From a virus (Duplodnaviria > Caudoviricetes): 40,786 nucleotides of DNA. The stretch's first letter is position 1. Each line of letters opens with the position of its first letter. Shown here one piece after another: positions 7,961-16,167 of this stretch. The stretch lies in IMG/VR virus record IMGVR_UViG_3300027986_000005, positions 1 through 40,786 of that record. One strand, 5' to 3'. The notes under the pieces were generated by a model. That model did not search any database. It had not been told where the DNA came from and saw only the letters and a list, made by a program, of their open reading frames with translations. The translations under genes were made by a program, and so were the position numbers.

Positions 7961-8364
7961 TGTTTATCCTCCGGCCTCGTTATCATCATTGTGGGGTCAT
8001 CTCCATCCTTGATTCCGGTGATGTTCCCCTGAGCATCGCGCCTGATTATAACCTGTTGTCTTGGTGAAAGTATCGGCCAGCGCCTCGCGCAATATTCCCG
8101 CGCTATCTGCGCCGCTAATGAGGCAGCAAGCCCGACAGTAGGAGCCGCCCATGTGTGCCATATCGAAACACACGCCAAAGGACCGAGTAGGATTGCGACT
8201 AGGTAAATCATCGCCCTTGAACGCTTATCATCCATATCTTGAGGGATGACAAACTCGGCAACCCAAGGCCCGGCGAGTCCAATTACGAAAGCCGCTATTG
8301 CTCCTCCGGCCCATACTGGCAAGGAAAGCAATGTCGTAATCCAACTGTGCAGCGTGTCACTCAT
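7957..8364 (-). CDS. Putative holin (3-4 TM)
   Basis: Multiple hydrophobic helices, charged C-tail; between endolysin and spanins. Confidence 0.6.
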   Translation of the reverse strand: MSDTLHSWITTLLSLPVWAGGAIAAFVIGLAGPWVAEFVIPQDMDDKRSRAMIYLVAILLGPLACVSIWHTWAAPTVGLAASLAAQIAREYCARRWPILSPRQQVIIRRDAQGNITGIKDGDDPTMMITRPEDKH

Positions 8365-8368
8365 AAGA

Positions 8369-8420
8369 GCCCCTCCGGGAGTGTGCTGTCCCGTTTATCC
8401 GCCCTAGCAGAATGAGGGGC
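8369..8420 (-). promoter_or_regulatory. Stem-loop occluding the RBS of the putative holin
   Basis: GCCCCTC/GAGGGGC outer stem contains the GGAGG RBS; inner CGGGA/TCCCG hairpin. Confidence 0.6.
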
Positions 8421-8424
8421 GAAA

Positions 8425-8877
8425 TCATGCGCTATCCTGTATCGTTAGAGTATGACCTGTAGTCATCGGCTCTAAGATTTCCTGTATGGTCGTGAAGGCC
8501 ATTCGTGAATCTGTTACCATCCACAGACCACCCGCTTGCGAACGTCCCATCCCTGGCGCGAAGCAACCCTGAAGTTGCCGGGCAAAGTTTGCCGGATGGA
8601 TTAGACAAGCGAACCGATGCGGGAATTTGCAGTCTGCCGGGATAGGGTCGTCGGGTTCATGCGTAACGCCTAACTCTGGATTGACCATCGCCCATGTCTC
8701 AGGATGAGCAGCAGTATCATGCGGCACTAAGGTATATTCTCCGAGTGGAATACAACTTGCGAACGGTTCGTCATGGTTATCCGGCTGTCCTATGGCGTCA
8801 AAGGTTTGCTCGCCTACGGTCAGCTTATAGAGCGTTTCGTTCGGCGTGGAAGTATCTCGGACCATGATTAGATTCAT
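8425..8877 (-). CDS. DUF5675-family protein, putative endolysin
   Basis: SCIP-GEY and LIHPAN-----GC--PG motifs; occupies the endolysin slot. Confidence 0.75.
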   Translation of the reverse strand: MNLIMVRDTSTPNETLYKLTVGEQTFDAIGQPDNHDEPFASCIPLGEYTLVPHDTAAHPETWAMVNPELGVTHEPDDPIPADCKFPHRFACLIHPANFARQLQGCFAPGMGRSQAGGLWMVTDSRMAFTTIQEILEPMTTGHTLTIQDSA

Positions 8878-9149
8878 AGCACTTTCCCCAATAGCTCACC
8901 GGCCATACCGGCGAGTAACCCGATGATTCCCAAAATAGCTTTGTTCTGCATTGCCTTATCTTTCTATTGCTCTATGTAGATTTCTACTGCTCTAAGTCGT
9001 TTCTCTCTGTCATTACCTGCGGTCATATCACCGTCTAACCTTAGTTTGTTTTCATGGGCTAAGTTTGCAATGTCATGTAGGCGGTCGCCAAGGGTCTTTA
9101 GTCTCGCTTCGCATTGGTCAAGACGGAATGTGGTTTTGGTGTCAGCCAC
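8874..9149 (-). pseudogene. Coiled-coil plus C-terminal TM (XhlA/holin-like) gene interrupted by an in-frame TAG at 8966-8964
   Basis: Frame continues past TAG as KDKAMQNKAILGIIGLLAGMAGELLGKVL to a TGA overlapping the endolysin ATG. Confidence 0.65.
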
Positions 9150-9150
9150 A

Positions 9151-9366
9151 CTACCTATGTTTCCTCGTTGTTACTTCATCATCATGCAATACAGATTTGA
9201 CGGCATCTTTCACATCATCCTTAGTCAATCGGGCAGTCTCGCAACCCTGTATTCTAGATTCATGATTCCACAGTATCGCACCTAATAGCCCTACTGCGAT
9301 ACCGAAAGTCACCTTCAAAGCAGCGAGCCCTAAGTCAAAACTTGCTTGAGCAATCGGCGCATCCAT
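9151..9366 (-). CDS. Small membrane protein (holin/antiholin-like)
   Basis: One TM then charged tail; GGAG RBS; in lysis cassette. Confidence 0.65.
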   Translation of the reverse strand: MDAPIAQASFDLGLAALKVTFGIAVGLLGAILWNHESRIQGCETARLTKDDVKDAVKSVLHDDEVTTRKHR

Positions 9367-9794
9367 GACGTTCTCCGGTGTTCAAGTAAGACCCGATGCA
9401 GTTTCTCAAGCTGAGATATGACGGGCTGACTCCAAATGACTAAACAAATACATTGCGTAAATTCCATACTCCGAATAATGAAAGGGTAATATGGATAAAT
9501 CCATCCATGCGGGAAGATAAGCGATAAACTTCCCGCTAGGATATTTACTGTCGAGGCTCCGATAATCCACGGTCCGACGCGCGGGGCCATGATGAGAGTC
9601 ACCGCGATAATAGCCGTCTCTCCCGATATGCAAAACCAATACCATGCTAGACCAGCTTCTCTCGGCGAAGGCATCGAAAGAGTGAAGAACGCCCATAGAT
9701 AAAAGTAGATGAGACAGAACATCTTATGTCTGTCTTTTGAAATCCCGATGGCGGTCGTCATCAGGAGAGCTTTCAATAGAGGAAAAAAGTTCAT
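9330..9794 (-). CDS. Multi-pass (about 5 TM) membrane protein of unknown function
   Basis: Hydrophobic helices throughout; ATG 9794 in TGATG overlap with upstream peptide. Confidence 0.7.
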   Translation of the reverse strand: MNFFPLLKALLMTTAIGISKDRHKMFCLIYFYLWAFFTLSMPSPREAGLAWYWFCISGETAIIAVTLIMAPRVGPWIIGASTVNILAGSLSLIFPHGWIYPYYPFIIRSMEFTQCICLVIWSQPVISQLEKLHRVLLEHRRTSWMRRLLKQVLT

Positions 9795-9922
9795 CAATGG
9801 GGAGGCTGTTCGCCTGAGCCAATGGTGGCTTTACCGATTTTCAGAATAGTCTTTCGGTGCCAGATATAAACTCCACCACCACCAAGGGCAGCTCCAGCGA
9901 GCAAAGCGATGATTGTAATCAT
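9794..9922 (-). CDS. 42-aa peptide MITIIALLAGAALGGGGVYIWHRKTILKIGKATIGSGEQPPH
   Basis: AAGGA RBS; start/stop overlaps on both sides; N-terminal TM. Confidence 0.75.
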   Translation of the reverse strand: MITIIALLAGAALGGGGVYIWHRKTILKIGKATIGSGEQPPH

Positions 9923-10230
9923 GATGCAATTCCTTGGCCGCAGATGCGGCATGTTGGGTTAGTCCAATCAATCGAAGTCTGCGATGGGTCAATTATCCAC
10001 AAATCATCCGTGAACTCTTCATTGTTCCATGCGTGTGCCTGGGCTCCGGGTAGATGGTCGTCTAGGGTCGCTATAACGTGCCTTATAAGGATTTCAGGTT
10101 CCACAGTAGGGTCGGTAGCCAAATCAGGGTTCGGAGCCATTAGGCCCCTACATTTGACCTGAAAACCCTCATGGACTAATACCCCTTTAGGGTTTATAGC
10201 CTTATAGATAGCATTAGTTAGGGGGCCCAT
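9919..10230 (-). CDS. Hypothetical protein with C-terminal CxxC
   Basis: TAAGGA RBS; heads a coupled run into the lysis genes. Confidence 0.7.
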   Translation of the reverse strand: MGPLTNAIYKAINPKGVLVHEGFQVKCRGLMAPNPDLATDPTVEPEILIRHVIATLDDHLPGAQAHAWNNEEFTDDLWIIDPSQTSIDWTNPTCRICGQGIAS

Positions 10231-10284
10231 CTGTATATCCTTACAGTATTGATTTTAAAGTTAAGTAAGTATAGCGTTGATAGT

Positions 10285-10385
10285 GGCGAGTGCGTGGGGT
10301 TTCTCGCTTTCCCCTAAGCGACCCTGAATTGCTACTGCGTTATCCCTACCGCAGTCCCGTGTAGCGACGGGCCACTCGCTTTCAA
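10285..10385 (+). ncRNA. Structured cloverleaf/pseudoknot 5' leader of the lipoprotein gene
   Basis: GCGAGTG/CACTCGC closing stem; GGGG/CCCC, ACTGCG/CGCAGT, CCCGT/ACGGG hairpins; possible GTAGCGA:TTGCTAC pseudoknot. Confidence 0.55.
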
Positions 10386-10395
10386 GGAGGATTTT

Positions 10396-11076
10396 ATGCG
10401 TATTCTGATTATCAGTCTTTTCGGTTTCCTGGCAGCCTGTAATGGGACTACCATCCAACAGGTTCCTTCCAATGTCCCTAATGAATCTACCCAAGTAGCC
10501 GCGTTGCAAGCTCAAGTGATTGCTTTGCAAAAGCAAATAGATTCGTTGCAGATTATCGGTAAGGTAAGCGGTAAAAGCGAAGATACCGATAATACCCGCG
10601 CTCTTACTACAAATTTCGGTCCTTGCTCCAATATGGGAGTCCTTGTTGGGTTCACGAATGGGACGAATAGTGCTGACCCTCTTACTTCTGATTTCCAAGC
10701 TTTTAAACAATGCACGGGTTATCAATATGAAGTAGGCGTGGGAACCGGTATTATCGCTACTGCTGAGCGTATCTTCTGGGATGGGCCTAATTGCACCGGA
10801 AATATTCTCGAATGGCAAGCGGGCGGAGTTGGATATAATACTCAGACCCTTCAAGGTGGAGTTGTATTTCTTTCTCCGGTTGATAATTCCGAATTGATGG
10901 TACAAGCAGGACAAAATCCTCAGCCTATTATGATTCAATCTGTTTGGGTCAATTCCAATCCTGGCTGTCAGGCCGATGTAGAAACGCAAATGATGTACCA
11001 AGTATCTCCCAATGATACTTCTATAAGCGGAGTCCCTAATTCTGTTTCGGCTAGTTATCAATTAGGTGCGCCTTAA
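10396..11076 (+). CDS. Lipoprotein moron (counter-oriented), unknown function
   Basis: AAGGAGG RBS; LAAC lipobox; short coiled coil then beta-rich domain with 4 further Cys. Confidence 0.85.
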   Translation: MRILIISLFGFLAACNGTTIQQVPSNVPNESTQVAALQAQVIALQKQIDSLQIIGKVSGKSEDTDNTRALTTNFGPCSNMGVLVGFTNGTNSADPLTSDFQAFKQCTGYQYEVGVGTGIIATAERIFWDGPNCTGNILEWQAGGVGYNTQTLQGGVVFLSPVDNSELMVQAGQNPQPIMIQSVWVNSNPGCQADVETQMMYQVSPNDTSISGVPNSVSASYQLGAP

Positions 11077-12305
11077 TCCAAATCGTAAGCAAAAGCAGAA
11101 TTAGCGATGATTCCTTTTGTGCCTGAAGTAGTAAATCCTCCTGTGCCAGCCAAATTTGTCCCGAAGGTCCATGTAGTAGACGTGCCAGTAGTAACTGTAG
11201 GCACGGTAGCTTGAACCATAGTAGTATTATCTTCTAATACTAAAGGTATACGCTTACTTGAAGCGGGAGCGATGATTGTTGGGATTCCGGTCATCGTCAT
11301 ACCGGCAGCATTACTAGTATAAGTAATGGCGGAATTGAACCAGGATTTTACTGCTTTACCATCTTGGCCGATTGCATAATTCACTGTTCCGGAGGGAGTA
11401 GTTGTGCCACCGGTAGCAAGAGTCCCGGTGAAAGAACCTGTTATGCGGGATGGGTTTAAACAAACCCAACCAGTTATGCCAACATCATAAACTATATTGT
11501 ATATTCCTCCAGATTGGAGAGCGCCAGCCGCGAGGGGGGTTACTAAATCAGTATAATAAATAGTTTTTGCTCCAAGAGCATTAAGGTTTAATGTAGGAGA
11601 TGAATTAGTATTTGTATTATTTACATTTATATAGAAGTGAATGCCACTCAGTAATGTAGTCTGAGCCATATTGGCTGTAATCACCAAAGCATTAACAACC
11701 CCAGTATCAGCATAATATCCATCCATTGGTCCTTTCGCTGATTGCATTAAATTCCATTGTGTCCCATCATAAATAATTTGTGCTGGAACTCCTATCTGCA
11801 ATTCCCCACTAGTTAAGGATTTAGTAAGAAAGAATACATTTTTAGCTCCAGTATTATCTACATTTATAGTTGTAGAATCAGTATTTGCAGCAACAGGTAA
11901 GAACCATTGAATAACCCCAATCCCTAATGAAATTGGGACCGCATTAGTTACAATCTGAGCATTAGCAGAACCTGAAGCAGTAGGGAATGAAACAGCTTGT
12001 CCATTCTGAGCGGTTATATTCCCAACCGACCAGAGCTGATTACCGTTAGAGTCTTTCAGCGTGAAGGTATAAGCGACTCCGGTTTGTAGGAATAGCTCTG
12101 AACTTGCCCCAGCAGCGGTAGAAACTTCTCCCCTTGAGTTAAGGGGAATGGGATTCGGTAAAGGCGTAGCTCCCAAAGGGTCGGAATAGGTCGCATAGTT
12201 CACCCCGCCGGATTGGGTCAGGAGTGTCCCACCTACGGCAGGCTTGCCAAGGTTATCGAAAAACTGCAATATCGGGCTTGGCGATAAGGCTATTGAGACA
12301 CTCAT
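11073..12305 (-). CDS. Tail fibre / receptor-binding protein
   Basis: N-terminal head-binding motif QFFDN-G-P--GG-L...TY-D--G-TP--NPI-LN-RG; two tandem fibre domains; AT-rich distal part. Confidence 0.85.
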   Translation of the reverse strand: MSVSIALSPSPILQFFDNLGKPAVGGTLLTQSGGVNYATYSDPLGATPLPNPIPLNSRGEVSTAAGASSELFLQTGVAYTFTLKDSNGNQLWSVGNITAQNGQAVSFPTASGSANAQIVTNAVPISLGIGVIQWFLPVAANTDSTTINVDNTGAKNVFFLTKSLTSGELQIGVPAQIIYDGTQWNLMQSAKGPMDGYYADTGVVNALVITANMAQTTLLSGIHFYINVNNTNTNSSPTLNLNALGAKTIYYTDLVTPLAAGALQSGGIYNIVYDVGITGWVCLNPSRITGSFTGTLATGGTTTPSGTVNYAIGQDGKAVKSWFNSAITYTSNAAGMTMTGIPTIIAPASSKRIPLVLEDNTTMVQATVPTVTTGTSTTWTFGTNLAGTGGFTTSGTKGIIANSAFAYDLD

Positions 12306-12365
12306 ACGTTCTCCGACGAAACAGCTAGGACTTTTCTATTACCGGCATTGGTCGTATTCATTCGT

Positions 12366-14606
12366 TCACTCTTGAGGGGATTGAGGCTGGTTTTTCTTAC
12401 TGTTCATGTTGGATACAACCCCGGCGGTAACGAGGCTAGCAAGCCCTCTCTTACCCTCTCTTTCAATAGACGAGTTCATAAGCGATTTAAGCCCGATTCC
12501 AGGGGTTAGAGCAGAATTAACCGCTCCCTCTTGTGCAGACTGTTTAATCGCTTCCGCGACAGGTGTAATGACCTGTCTCACACCTGGAAGATTTCCAGCA
12601 ACGTTCTTTCCATAGGATTTAACTATGGAACCAGCGGCATTCAAGACAGCAGCGCCTGAACCTGACCTATTCGGAACAGCGGCAGCAGGGAACAACTTGG
12701 CATTACTCGCCGTATCCGAGAGATTCTTGAATGTCTGAAACTGGGGGCTCGGTAAGAGGTTTTCCAAAACGGAAGATTTCTGCGGACTATTCGCCCAATT
12801 CCTAAGTACCGATTCAGACACAGGGGAGTTTTCTGCAGTAGCTCCACCAGTAGCCTGTCGCTTAATCTCAGTGAAGATAGTATCCCCGATGGTCTTTTTC
12901 ATGTCGGGGTCTATCTGTGAAAGAAATTGCATGTTCTTCCCAGCTTGTGACCCGGATTCATTCAGGAAATGGCTATTAAAGATTTTCTCCGGGGCTTGAT
13001 TCCCATAAACGATATCATCAACCAAAGGTTGATAATTAGGATTAGGCATATCATTCAAGAGTTTCTTGGTAACAAGGCTCATCTGTTGTGCGTGGGCTTG
13101 TTTAGCCATCTGGTAGGCTTTCATGGAATCTTGACCTACGTCATCTGAAATATCTGCCTTACCCAAGATTGCCCTAGCCTGATTTATAGCATTAGCGGTA
13201 GAACCGTCGGCAGCAGCGGCATCCTGACCCCAAGATTTATCTAATGTCTGTAGGTTTGAGACGGTAAGGGGGAGTTTCCCATCCTCCATATCTCCTAAAA
13301 CCTGTTTCATTTCAGAAGGAAGGTAATACCAAGCCCCCATACCTTCAGGAGAACCTAGAGTCTCTCTAATCTCTTTCGCAGCCCCAGCACCGTCTACTGA
13401 AGCAGCAAGACCTTGTGAGTTTTTCACCGCATCATAGAGCTGTGTCTTTTGCTGTTGTAGATTCTGCCAGAAACCTTGAACTTTTTGCTGCATCTGTTGG
13501 CCAGTAGAAACAATGTCTTGTTCGCTATCAGCCCCTAAAGCGTCTAGGTTGTCTTTAATACCTTCATTGATACCTTGGACCCTATTACGCAAAGGGTCAC
13601 CGACGCCTTTCAATTGCATCAAGTTAAATTCGTCTGTCATCAGACCGGGGTCTCTGGAAGCCATGCCTCTAGTCAAAGGAATAGGGACTGGGAGGCTTTC
13701 GGCCTTGGCCCGATTAGCGATAGAAGTCGCAGAGATGCTTTCAGGGTCAGCGCCTGAATTTAAAGCATCTTGGACTTCCTTTTTCATTCCTGAGAGGACG
13801 TTTAAATCTACAGAGGAAGGGTCTACGCCTTTAGCTTGGAGAGCTTCATTTACCACTTGTTCTGCGGCGGTAGTCTGTCCTGCATTGGGAAGTTTGCTCA
13901 TCACATATTGAATACCACCCTTAAGCAAGGGAACTGCGCCTTCAATTACTGCGGAAGTAGCACCACCGGCGGCGCCACCAGCAGCCATGCTTTTAGCTTT
14001 ATCCCACCAGAAAGAACCAGGGGTGTTTGGATTGGAATAATTAGCTGCTTGAGCATCAGGTTGAGCTGCATTGATAGCAGCGCCCTGTAATGCGCTTTGA
14101 CCTATACGTCCTGCAACAGTCTCAGCAGCACCACCGGCACCTAAATAGTTAAGTGGGTTCGCAGCTTGACCTCCTAGACGCCACCAATCAATACCAGTCT
14201 GTCCAGCGGCGGAACGGGCTGCCTGATAATCCTGCTCTCTTTGTTGGACAATATTGTCGAAGTCTTGTGCAGTCTTGTCCTCAAACCATTGGTTAGCAGT
14301 ATCAGCTGAAGCACCTCCCGCACGCATAATTCCACGAAGACCGGCTCTAAGCCAGTTCAGAGGTTTCTCTGCGACATGCTCTGCTAGCTGTCCTAACCCA
14401 TATTCTAAGTCTCCAAGTCCAGTGCCGAAGCGTTCTCCAGCAGAAGGGCCTGCGGATGGATTAGGAGGTATAGCAGGGGCTTGCGGAGATGAATCTGGAT
14501 AACTCAAAGACAAAGCATTCTGCACCGGATTAGCAGGAGCTTGTCCGGGATATTGAGTATTGAGGATTCCACTAATATCAGCCACCGGGAACCGCCTGAG
14601 CTTCAC
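12366..14606 (-). CDS. DNA ejection protein (P22 gp16-position)
   Basis: Large Ala/Gly/Gln-rich helical protein, third in ejection cluster; true start probably GTG about 14585. Confidence 0.7.
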   Translation of the reverse strand: MKLRRFPVADISGILNTQYPGQAPANPVQNALSLSYPDSSPQAPAIPPNPSAGPSAGERFGTGLGDLEYGLGQLAEHVAEKPLNWLRAGLRGIMRAGGASADTANQWFEDKTAQDFDNIVQQREQDYQAARSAAGQTGIDWWRLGGQAANPLNYLGAGGAAETVAGRIGQSALQGAAINAAQPDAQAANYSNPNTPGSFWWDKAKSMAAGGAAGGATSAVIEGAVPLLKGGIQYVMSKLPNAGQTTAAEQVVNEALQAKGVDPSSVDLNVLSGMKKEVQDALNSGADPESISATSIANRAKAESLPVPIPLTRGMASRDPGLMTDEFNLMQLKGVGDPLRNRVQGINEGIKDNLDALGADSEQDIVSTGQQMQQKVQGFWQNLQQQKTQLYDAVKNSQGLAASVDGAGAAKEIRETLGSPEGMGAWYYLPSEMKQVLGDMEDGKLPLTVSNLQTLDKSWGQDAAAADGSTANAINQARAILGKADISDDVGQDSMKAYQMAKQAHAQQMSLVTKKLLNDMPNPNYQPLVDDIVYGNQAPEKIFNSHFLNESGSQAGKNMQFLSQIDPDMKKTIGDTIFTEIKRQATGGATAENSPVSESVLRNWANSPQKSSVLENLLPSPQFQTFKNLSDTASNAKLFPAAAVPNRSGSGAAVLNAAGSIVKSYGKNVAGNLPGVRQVITPVAEAIKQSAQEGAVNSALTPGIGLKSLMNSSIEREGKRGLASLVTAGVVSNMNSKKNQPQSPQE

Positions 14607-16167
14607 TCAAAGGTTTATTGAAACCGCCAAGATGATTGATAACCGCCATTTTCGATTTAAAGTCTTCCCATTCTTGTTTAGATGAGAAATTCTTTTTAAT
14701 ATAATCCTGCTGTTCTGAAGGAGACATGCCAATCATGTCATACATTCTTGGGTCAACATTCTGCATGAATTGAGAATCAATGCTGCGTAATCCGACAGTT
14801 GAGCCATTCTTCTGTTTATAATCATTCGCAAGATTCGCTCTAGCTTCTGCTATTTCCTGTTGACCATAGATATACTGAGCCGCTTTATACATAGCATCAT
14901 TAGTCATATTGTCAGGATTAGGAATAGCATGGAGAACCATATCCTTACCTTGGTCTGTTCCATAATTAGAATTTGAAAGAGATAGGGCAAGCTGTTCCAT
15001 ATATTTACCAGCTAACTGTCTGTCTGTAGCCATATCCCCAGCGCCTTTAAAGCCTGGGATGATTTGGCTCAAAGCACCTTCTACAGCAGCGACATTCTGA
15101 GAACCTATACCAGTGAATATCCCGCTCTGCGATAGACGCTCAAGATTAAGAAGCGCGCTCTTGTTTTGCGGAGCAGAATTTCCTGCTGGCAGAATAACCT
15201 TGTTATAAAGGTCTTCATCATTTAGAGCGCTTTGTTTCTGATTTTCAGCAGCGCCCACTGGAAGATAAGCCGGGCCAGCGGGTTTCGCTGGAGTAGCCGG
15301 TGCTGGATTTGATGGATTTGCAGGAGGTTGTCCACCTCCTTTCCCGGCATCCGAAGCGGGCATCATCTCCCTTGGATTCTGAAGATTATAGAACCAAGTA
15401 TTACCACCTTGGTCTTGGAATGAACCATAACCAGCAGGAGGCTTAACAGTCACCGGGGCGGAACTAGTGAGTGTGGGTCCACCGCCTTCCCCAGCCCCGG
15501 CGGCTTGAGGATTCGTATTAACAAGTTTACCGCCCACATTAGTAAGTTCTGGAGCTTGTTTAGAAGCCTGACTCGCAGCATCTTGTGCCTGTAGTTGAAC
15601 ATTGGAAAGATACTGAGCTAATTTCCCCTTAGGGACATTATCCGCTTGAGGGCCATAGATTCCAGCGATACGCGCAGCATCCGAACCTGTAGCGGCATAT
15701 TGATTTATAGCGGTATCCAATTTCTGTCTACCGGCATCGTTATCAGCTATAACGTCCGGGTCGGTACGCAAAGCAGAAATAGCTTCTTGAAAACCCTTCC
15801 TTGCGGAATCATTTACATTGATAAGAGCAGACTTATTCTGTAATTGGCTCTGTTTCAGCTGTGCGAACTGTTGGACAACTTCAGGATATTGGTCTCCAGC
15901 TGCTTTCCTCAAACCAGGGTCTGCAAGGATGGAATTAAGGTCTAATGTTCCATCGGCCGCATTGTGAGAGGCAGGGTCATAGTTCTGTACCCATTGTGCA
16001 ATACTGTAACGCTGAGAAGCAGTCTGTTTCTGCTGCTGTGCTTCAGCTCCAAGAATCTGATTCTGCTGCTGGGCATTTCTAATGCCCATGACAGTAGCAA
16101 GGTTAGTCAGACCTTGAGAAGGATTGTATGTACCAGTATTTCCTACTGGATTTGAAAAGTCAGCCAT
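14578..16167 (-). CDS. DNA ejection protein (P22 gp20-position)
   Basis: Gln/Ala-rich, synteny. Confidence 0.7.
   Translation of the reverse strand: MADFSNPVGNTGTYNPSQGLTNLATVMGIRNAQQQNQILGAEAQQQKQTASQRYSIAQWVQNYDPASHNAADGTLDLNSILADPGLRKAAGDQYPEVVQQFAQLKQSQLQNKSALINVNDSARKGFQEAISALRTDPDVIADNDAGRQKLDTAINQYAATGSDAARIAGIYGPQADNVPKGKLAQYLSNVQLQAQDAASQASKQAPELTNVGGKLVNTNPQAAGAGEGGGPTLTSSAPVTVKPPAGYGSFQDQGGNTWFYNLQNPREMMPASDAGKGGGQPPANPSNPAPATPAKPAGPAYLPVGAAENQKQSALNDEDLYNKVILPAGNSAPQNKSALLNLERLSQSGIFTGIGSQNVAAVEGALSQIIPGFKGAGDMATDRQLAGKYMEQLALSLSNSNYGTDQGKDMVLHAIPNPDNMTNDAMYKAAQYIYGQQEIAEARANLANDYKQKNGSTVGLRSIDSQFMQNVDPRMYDMIGMSPSEQQDYIKKNFSSKQEWEDFKSKMAVINHLGGFNKPLSEAQAVPGG

Noticed and set aside
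10261-11061. 266-aa minus-strand ORF
   Set aside because: Antisense shadow of the lipoprotein gene, which has the RBS and lipobox
11073-12305. Diversity-generating retroelement or invertible fibre cassette
   Set aside because: No reverse transcriptase, invertase or TR/VR nucleotide repeat noticed
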